The translations under genes and the position numbers were made by a program. From the IMG/VR virus record IMGVR_UViG_3300029977_000134: 64,000 bases of DNA; one strand, 5' to 3'. The notes beneath the pieces are model-generated. The model saw only the letters and a list, made by a program, of their open reading frames with translations. It did no database searches and was not told the origin of the DNA. Below are positions 58,463 through 64,000 of the stretch, one piece after another (within the stretch, counting starts at the first letter, position 1; every line of letters starts with the position of its first letter). This DNA is from an uncultured virus (IMG/VR IMGVR_UViG_3300029977_000134) (lineage: Duplodnaviria > Heunggongvirae > Uroviricota > Caudoviricetes).

Positions 58463-59275
58463 ATGTCAAACAAAATCAATGATATAGACCTTTCAAGGTG
58501 GAAAGAATACGACGAAATAATTACTGATAGTCTCTGGGTTTTCAATAGAAGAGACACTTCAGGAGCTCACTCGGGTTGGTATTGGGGAAACTTTATCCCA
58601 CAAATTCCCCGTCAAATGATGTTAAGATACACAAAGAAAGGTGACTGGGTGTTGGACCCCTTTGTTGGAAGTGGAACAACTTTGATTGAATGTAGAAGGT
58701 TAGGAAGAAACGGAATTGGTATAGAGTTAAATCCAGATGTAGCCCAGAAAGCAAGGGAATTAGTAGAAACCGAGCAGAACATTGATAATGTGATTACAGA
58801 AATAGTTGTTGGGGATAGCAGAACAGTTGATATAAAGCAGGTCTTATCAAAATATGGTATTGACAAAGTTCAATTAGTTATTATGCACCCTCCATACCAT
58901 GATATTATCAAATTTTCTAATGATAAACGAGACCTCTCTAATGCAGAAAGTATAGAGGAATTCCTGCAGATGTTTGGACAGGTTGTTGAAAACGTTACTC
59001 CATTTTTAGAAGAAGAAAGATACCTTGCTTCAGTAATTGGTGATAAGTATTCCAAGAGTGAATGGATACCGCTTGGGTTTTATTGTATGAATGAAGTTTT
59101 GAAGAGGGGATATATGTTAAAAAGTATAGTTGTAAAAAACTTTGAGGAAACAAGAGGGAAGAAGAACCAAAGAGAACTCTGGAGATATAGGGCACTGGCT
59201 AATGGTTTTTATGTTTTTAAACACGAGTATATTATGATTTTCAAGAAAAACAAAGAAAACCGTAAGGAGGAGTAA
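58463..59275 (+). CDS. DNA amino-methyltransferase (HPPY)
   Basis: GNFIPQIP, DPFVGSGTT, GIELN, MHPPY, KHEYIMIFKK. Confidence 0.9.
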   Translation: MSNKINDIDLSRWKEYDEIITDSLWVFNRRDTSGAHSGWYWGNFIPQIPRQMMLRYTKKGDWVLDPFVGSGTTLIECRRLGRNGIGIELNPDVAQKARELVETEQNIDNVITEIVVGDSRTVDIKQVLSKYGIDKVQLVIMHPPYHDIIKFSNDKRDLSNAESIEEFLQMFGQVVENVTPFLEEERYLASVIGDKYSKSEWIPLGFYCMNEVLKRGYMLKSIVVKNFEETRGKKNQRELWRYRALANGFYVFKHEYIMIFKKNKENRKEE

Positions 59276-59322
59276 AATGATAGAAATAGGAAATAGTATG
59301 GATACAGGAAAAACTTTCTTAC

Positions 59323-59351
59323 TTGACAATTCGGTAAGAATATGCTATAAT
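59323..59351 (+). promoter_or_regulatory. sigma70 promoter
   Basis: TTGACA-17-TATAAT. Confidence 0.85.
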
Positions 59352-59376
59352 TTTGCATAACTAAAGGAGGTGCAAA

Positions 59377-60012
59377 ATGGTTGACGTGCTTGATACAAAG
59401 TATGGAGAAGTAGAAATAAAAGAAGTAGATTGGCATAGGGGTATGATCCCCTTACCAAGTGGTACAATGATAATAGATGATAAAGTGGTTCAAAAGATAG
59501 CACGGGAGTATGGGCTTGATAAAAAGTTGGATCTAGTAGAGGAGTTTCTCGAGTACTGTGGAATAAATATATATTCTATGGACTTCTCCTCCAGTTACAC
59601 AGAATTTTTGCATCCTGGTAGTCCTGATTTGGGGTATAATTTTCATGTAGATTGGATCGATACAGAGATTGAAGATTCTGATATAGAAGATTTTTCAGAA
59701 GACTTATCTCCAGAAGATAAAAGGTTTCTTTTACAAAAGAAAGAAGATATTGAAGGATTCCTCGATAGTATTAATGATATATATGATAAAATGCTTGACT
59801 ATGTAGATTCATATGTTCAATCACTGGAAGAGGAAGCACGTTATGGTGACTCAGAAGAGGGAGATGATGAATTAGAAGAATATGATGAGCCTGAGTTTGA
59901 TGAAGATACTGAGCCTGATTTTGATGAAGATGATGAATCTGGGCTTGACGAAGTTTATGAACCTGAGCTTGATGAAGGCGATGAACCTGAGTTTGATGAA
60001 GATGATTGGTAA
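59377..60012 (+). CDS. Highly acidic protein, paralog family E, with C-terminal 8-aa acidic repeats
   Basis: Paralog of 24172; xxEPEFDE-like unit about 5 times (24-bp repeats at ~59880-60005). Confidence 0.8.
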   Translation: MVDVLDTKYGEVEIKEVDWHRGMIPLPSGTMIIDDKVVQKIAREYGLDKKLDLVEEFLEYCGINIYSMDFSSSYTEFLHPGSPDLGYNFHVDWIDTEIEDSDIEDFSEDLSPEDKRFLLQKKEDIEGFLDSINDIYDKMLDYVDSYVQSLEEEARYGDSEEGDDELEEYDEPEFDEDTEPDFDEDDESGLDEVYEPELDEGDEPEFDEDDW

Positions 60013-60081
60013 TAACTTTTAAGTAGTTTTCTACTTCCTTAAAAACAAGATTATTAAAACAAACAAAATCGTGAGGGTAAA

Positions 60082-60237
60082 ATGATAGAAATAACATTAG
60101 AGGATTATCTTGAATATGAAAAACCACAACCACATAACAACAATTTTCATCTTATAGCCCACGAACATCTATTCGTCTTTAGAAAGCCAGGAAGAGACGA
60201 AAAAATTTCAAAGTTTAGGAAAAGCACAAAATGGTAA
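60082..60237 (+). pseudogene. Probable internally deleted remnant of a DNA methyltransferase
   Basis: 51 aa MIEITLEDYLEY..FHLIAHEHLFVFRKP; the tail resembles the MTase C-terminus (compare FYVFKHEYIMIFKK in 58463). Confidence 0.55.
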
Positions 60238-60287
60238 CCCTAAACAAATTGCTTTCCAGTCTGTCAAAAGTTATTCAAGGGGTAGGA

Positions 60288-60809
60288 ATGAAAAAAGAGA
60301 AGTATATGATTACCGACGCAGAAGGTATAAGGGTAGTACATGACTACCTTATGGAAAAGTTCAATCCATCTGTAGAAGTTGAAATCGAGTTTGTTGAAGG
60401 CGATGATTACAGTGGTCTCTTTGAAATCTATGTTATACCGCTTGACGATGGGGCAATAACTTTAATGGGAAAGATAACTCTGGCGGGTGTAGATGGAACT
60501 TACAGCATACCTCACTATATGCACGAATTTGCCCATCTTTACAAATTTTCAAAAAGTGGTGAAGATTTTGAATATGCTGGCGAAGACTACCATCCAAAGG
60601 AGTTTTATAAAGTTTTAAATGAAGTTATAAAGGCTATAAAAGAAGTTATTCCAGATTTTGAATACCCGCTGGGGTTTGAATACCCAGGGGCAAAACAAAT
60701 GCTTGAAGAAACAAAAAGGAAACGTGGAAGGAGATTAACAAGGAGGGACTATGATAAAAGTAAGGAGAAAACTTGTGGACAAATCGACTGGTGCGATTAC
60801 GATCTCTGA
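60288..60809 (+). CDS. HExxH zinc-metalloprotease-like (SprT-like) protein
   Basis: MHEFAH..HPKEF; ATG 60288 after GGGGTAGGA. Confidence 0.65.
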   Translation: MKKEKYMITDAEGIRVVHDYLMEKFNPSVEVEIEFVEGDDYSGLFEIYVIPLDDGAITLMGKITLAGVDGTYSIPHYMHEFAHLYKFSKSGEDFEYAGEDYHPKEFYKVLNEVIKAIKEVIPDFEYPLGFEYPGAKQMLEETKRKRGRRLTRRDYDKSKEKTCGQIDWCDYDL

Positions 60810-60996
60810 ATCAAACCTTTCCTGTCTTGGATGCTTAGTTAATGACTATACAGCAATCAAGTCAATTATTAGTACCCTTGGGAATGTCACATTCATAGAC
60901 AAACCAAATGGTTTTAATGCTTACTTAGTAAACCCTGATGGAAGTAGCCAGTTAATTGCAGAGTATAGAGTTGTACAGTTTGATATAATGGATTAA
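60751..60996 (+). CDS. Hypothetical protein
   Basis: 81 aa, GGAGG RBS. Confidence 0.6.
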   Translation: MIKVRRKLVDKSTGAITISESNLSCLGCLVNDYTAIKSIISTLGNVTFIDKPNGFNAYLVNPDGSSQLIAEYRVVQFDIMD

Positions 60997-61002
60997 AAAA
61001 CA

Positions 61003-61416
61003 ATGTCAGTTCTAATTGTTAGAACCAAAGAGAAACCACCTTATGCATATCAGCTTAAGTATGATGGAAAAACAATATATGTCAGATTACTTGACTCCGA
61101 AACCTACCGAACCAAGTTGGAACTCGAAGTCTATCGAAGCAAGGAAGATAAGAAAATCTACCTTATAGAAAGAAAATTCTTAGACAGAACCTCAGTAAAA
61201 GAGCGTAAATACCTCTACAAAGGTGAAAGAATTCCCTCCGTTGGAGATGCAGACCCATTCGAGCTTTTCAACCTCATTTCAGGAAAGAAAGGTGCCATCC
61301 GTTGGTGTGCAGGGTGGCAAAAACAAAATGAGGTACTTGACAATTCAAACCATAACTATTATAACTATAACACAACAAAAAGGAGGTGTAACCATGGGTA
61401 TCAGATACATATATGA
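61003..61416 (+). CDS. Hypothetical protein (3' end overlaps the next promoter)
   Basis: 137-aa ORF in operon. Confidence 0.55.
   Translation: MSVLIVRTKEKPPYAYQLKYDGKTIYVRLLDSETYRTKLELEVYRSKEDKKIYLIERKFLDRTSVKERKYLYKGERIPSVGDADPFELFNLISGKKGAIRWCAGWQKQNEVLDNSNHNYYNYNTTKRRCNHGYQIHI
61337..61365 (+). promoter_or_regulatory. sigma70 promoter
   Basis: TTGACA-17-TATAAC. Confidence 0.7.
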
Positions 61417-61621
61417 TAAGTATGGTAACATAAAAGCAGTGATAGATGAGGATGACTACACCGCAACAGTAATCGATGTCCATAAAGGTGTAGTCGGTAA
61501 TGTCGTGAAAGGCAAAGGTGGAATCAGAGCGATGGCTAACTCATTCAAAAAAGGTATAGTCGGTTACGCTGACAATGATGACGACGCTATCGCAATGCTT
61601 CTTGATGATGACGATGATTGA
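61394..61621 (+). CDS. Small protein with acidic tail
   Basis: AGGAGGT + ATG 61394; 75 aa ending LLDDDDD. Confidence 0.75.
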   Translation: MGIRYIYDKYGNIKAVIDEDDYTATVIDVHKGVVGNVVKGKGGIRAMANSFKKGIVGYADNDDDAIAMLLDDDDD

Positions 61622-61986
61622 AAACGAAAATGATTATCTACGACTACAAACGAAAGGTAAGAAAAACAAACTCCAAGAGTGAACCGATGAAATACAAAAT
61701 GGTAAACAAGTTGAAGGAGGTAGTAGGAAGGCTGATAGAGAATAACTTCGAACCGATAAAGGGCGACTTCCATCCAAGGACTGTAAGGAGACTTTCAAGA
61801 ATTAAGGTCTTTGCTTACAGCCTTGGATGGGGTCGCCTCATCCAAGTTCGTAAGGGTAAGATATACCCAACTAAATTTTTGAAGAAGATTGTCAAGCTGA
61901 AGATTTGGAAACAAAGTGTAAGAAACAAAAAACTGAAGAATAGGAGGAGACATGAAAATGAGCATAAAACCATTAATAGTAACTGA
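61618..61986 (+). CDS. Basic hypothetical protein (start uncertain)
   Basis: Lys/Arg-rich ORF filling the gap between neighbours. Confidence 0.5.
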   Translation: MKTKMIIYDYKRKVRKTNSKSEPMKYKMVNKLKEVVGRLIENNFEPIKGDFHPRTVRRLSRIKVFAYSLGWGRLIQVRKGKIYPTKFLKKIVKLKIWKQSVRNKKLKNRRRHENEHKTINSN

Positions 61987-62869
61987 AAATTTGAACCTGT
62001 ATCCTGAGAAAATATGTGGAGATGTAGTCCACGGAACTGCAATACTAACAAAAGGTAATGAAAAAACCATTAAGTTTTTCACAATAAAACTGTATCCAAC
62101 AAAAAAGTATGAACCGCCCATAGAATATCAACCTGACCCGTCTATAATTAGTGAGCGAAACTGTTCCTATACGATTTCAAAGGATGACTTCAACAACATA
62201 CTATCAGTAATTAAGGAAAAGGCTTCAAGATTTTTAACAGTTACTTTTGATAACTTTGAGCTTGGGAAGGACGATATTGAAAAACTTCATCCAACATTTA
62301 AGCAATACAGAAACTTACTCAGAGTATATCTATCGGATGAGTCTTATTCACTTTGGAGTGAAGATTACACTGTCAGACACGTTCCAAGAACTTTCAGGAT
62401 GGAAGTTTTGCATAAGGGAAAACTTCTTTTCTGGGTTCCAAAGGTGGAAACAGTATCAACTCCACCCGCAAGGGAACTTCAGGATGGAAGAACAATATAT
62501 GAGCTTATCAGCAATAGGTTTTTCATTATCGTTGTGGAGAATGGAAACGAAATTGAGAAAGGAATTTATTGGAGATGGAATTCAGATTTCCAGGTAAAGT
62601 TTTTCAAAAACGGTGAAGTAGAATACATCTTCCATTCAGACACAATCCGCAGAAATGACCTCTTTAACGTGAAAGAATATTTAGCCAATATTGAAGTCGT
62701 TGAAAAGAATGGAAAACGACTTCTAACTTTGGAAAGAAAGAATTTACCTAAAAATGTGAAATCATTCCTTGATAGTTTAGCACCACATTCTTTGAAAATC
62801 GATGGGAAATATATCTTCATACCTGATGAGTGGACAGTAAAAAATTATAACTTTGCAAAAGGGGAATAG
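61952..62869 (+). CDS. Hypothetical protein
   Basis: 305 aa, AGGAGG RBS. Confidence 0.75.
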   Translation: MKMSIKPLIVTENLNLYPEKICGDVVHGTAILTKGNEKTIKFFTIKLYPTKKYEPPIEYQPDPSIISERNCSYTISKDDFNNILSVIKEKASRFLTVTFDNFELGKDDIEKLHPTFKQYRNLLRVYLSDESYSLWSEDYTVRHVPRTFRMEVLHKGKLLFWVPKVETVSTPPARELQDGRTIYELISNRFFIIVVENGNEIEKGIYWRWNSDFQVKFFKNGEVEYIFHSDTIRRNDLFNVKEYLANIEVVEKNGKRLLTLERKNLPKNVKSFLDSLAPHSLKIDGKYIFIPDEWTVKNYNFAKGE

Positions 62870-62937
62870 GTTTGAAAGCCCTCCAGTTCGAACCAATAGT
62901 GGATATAATCTCTATCAAGCCTGGGAGGTTGGATGAA

Positions 62938-63285
62938 GTGAAAAGACTGGGGGTACATATCATATTCGAACTATACGGGTGTGACCCAGACACCCTGAAG
63001 GATAAGAACTATGTGGAAGAAGTTATGCTCAGAGCGGCTCGTGAATCCAATGCCCACGCCATTGGTTCTTTCTTCCATCAATTCAAGCCCCATGGAGTAT
63101 CAGGTGTAATTATCATTGAGGAGTCTCACCTTTCTATCCATACCTGGCCTGAGCACAGTTATGCAGCTATAGACTTCTTTTATTGTTCAGATGATGTAGA
63201 ACCGTTAAAAGCAATGAAAGTATTTTCAGAAAGTTTTAAACCACAAGCAATAGAAAAACAAGTAATTGATAGGGGGTTGGTTTGA
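62938..63285 (+). CDS. speD: S-adenosylmethionine decarboxylase proenzyme (class 1B)
   Basis: GTG 62938 after GGAGG; LG.H, FHQFKPHGVSGV, E-S-H autocleavage site in EESHLSIHTWPE, AAID..C. Confidence 0.92.
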   Translation: MKRLGVHIIFELYGCDPDTLKDKNYVEEVMLRAARESNAHAIGSFFHQFKPHGVSGVIIIEESHLSIHTWPEHSYAAIDFFYCSDDVEPLKAMKVFSESFKPQAIEKQVIDRGLV

Positions 63286-63329
63286 CCCCAAAAAATTAAA
63301 CCAAAACTTTAAAAAGGAGGTAATACAAC

Positions 63330-64000
63330 ATGAAACTTGGTATAGACCTTGGATTTGGGTTCACGAAAATAGCGTATGCTACGCCTGATGGGAATATCAC
63401 TACTTTAAAGTTCCCTTCCTGGGTAGCATACTTTGAAAGAACCCCAATGAGCCAAATAGAACCTATTGAAGTGGACGGAATTGAATATGTTGTAGGTGAA
63501 TACGCTAAATATGAAAGACAGAAGCTTGAGATGGCTTCCATTGAAGAATTTGTCAAGCTTTCTCCAATTCTGGTCAAGGAAGCTATTAGAAGAACTGGAA
63601 GCCCTACGGAAATGGTTGTTGGAATAGCTCCAAAATTTAAAGATTACCGCTCAGAGATTGAAAAGCGTATTCATAGTACAATTCCTGGAAACTATGAACT
63701 TTCAGTAATGCCTCAGGGGTTCGGGGCTTACATTGATTTAATTGATACAAAACCTGAACTTACTCAAGAAGATATTCTTATTGTTGACATTGGATTTAAC
63801 ACAGTAGATTACATTCTTATCTCCAATGGTAAAAGAATCAAAGGAAACACAATTGAAAAACTTGGAATGACTGAAGCTGTAAACATTTTCCGTTCACTTA
63901 TTCCACCTTCATACTCTCAATTACAAAACTATTCACCTTCAAGACTTTTACAGATTTTTGAATCCCCAAAGGGTGAAGTTCTCGTTATGGGAAGTACATT
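63330..64000 (+). CDS. ParM/StbA-family actin-like ATPase (partial, runs off the window; absent from the ORF track)
   Basis: AGGAGG + ATG 63330; MKLGIDLGFGFTK (phosphate 1), KFPS, YVVG, VMPQGFGA (connect), LIVDIGFNTVD (phosphate 2). Confidence 0.88.
   Translation, partial: MKLGIDLGFGFTKIAYATPDGNITTLKFPSWVAYFERTPMSQIEPIEVDGIEYVVGEYAKYERQKLEMASIEEFVKLSPILVKEAIRRTGSPTEMVVGIAPKFKDYRSEIEKRIHSTIPGNYELSVMPQGFGAYIDLIDTKPELTQEDILIVDIGFNTVDYILISNGKRIKGNTIEKLGMTEAVNIFRSLIPPSYSQLQNYSPSRLLQIFESPKGEVLVMGST

Larger units (their letters stand above)
1..64000. mobile_element. Segment of a large tailed bacteriophage (possibly phage-plasmid) genome
   Basis: Portal-like and head-protease genes, dense hypothetical ORFs, many strong early-type promoters, anti-CRISPR, orphan methyltransferases and ParM-like actin; no housekeeping operons. 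Confidence 0.9.

Noticed and set aside
63296..63577. 93-aa - strand ORF
   Set aside because: Antisense shadow of the ParM-like gene on the + strand

Overview
This window looks like 64 kb of a large, AT-rich tailed-phage (possibly phage-plasmid) genome. The host is probably a thermophilic bacterium with type III CRISPR; this is inferred from sigma70 promoters, GGAGG ribosome-binding sites, Glu/Lys-rich proteins and an AcrIII-1 gene. Five zones are visible. (i) 1-19.7 kb is a + strand head-morphogenesis operon with a portal, a capsid maturation protease, a 2484-aa helical protein and many unknown proteins that share a recurrent K-x-A motif. (ii) 20.0-21.9 kb holds three paralogous acidic - strand genes. 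(iii) 21.9-25.2 kb is a divergence region with tandem leftward promoters, a ~0.7-kb AACCGTT-rich repeat tract, and two related modules made of long palindromes plus 17-bp-period arrays. (iv) 23-57 kb is an early-type region driven by near-consensus TTGACA-N17-TATAAT promoters (about 20 on + across 23-61 kb), many with a conserved upstream palindrome. It carries about 28 divergent paralogs of one unknown 216-305-aa superfamily, two MoxR-AAA+/VWA-metallopeptidase pairs and an inverted AcrIII-1 ring-nuclease cassette. (v) 57-64 kb has two DNA amino-methyltransferases plus a remnant, a HExxH protein, SpeD and a ParM/StbA-like actin that runs off the end. All calls come from reading the sequence; no database searches were run.
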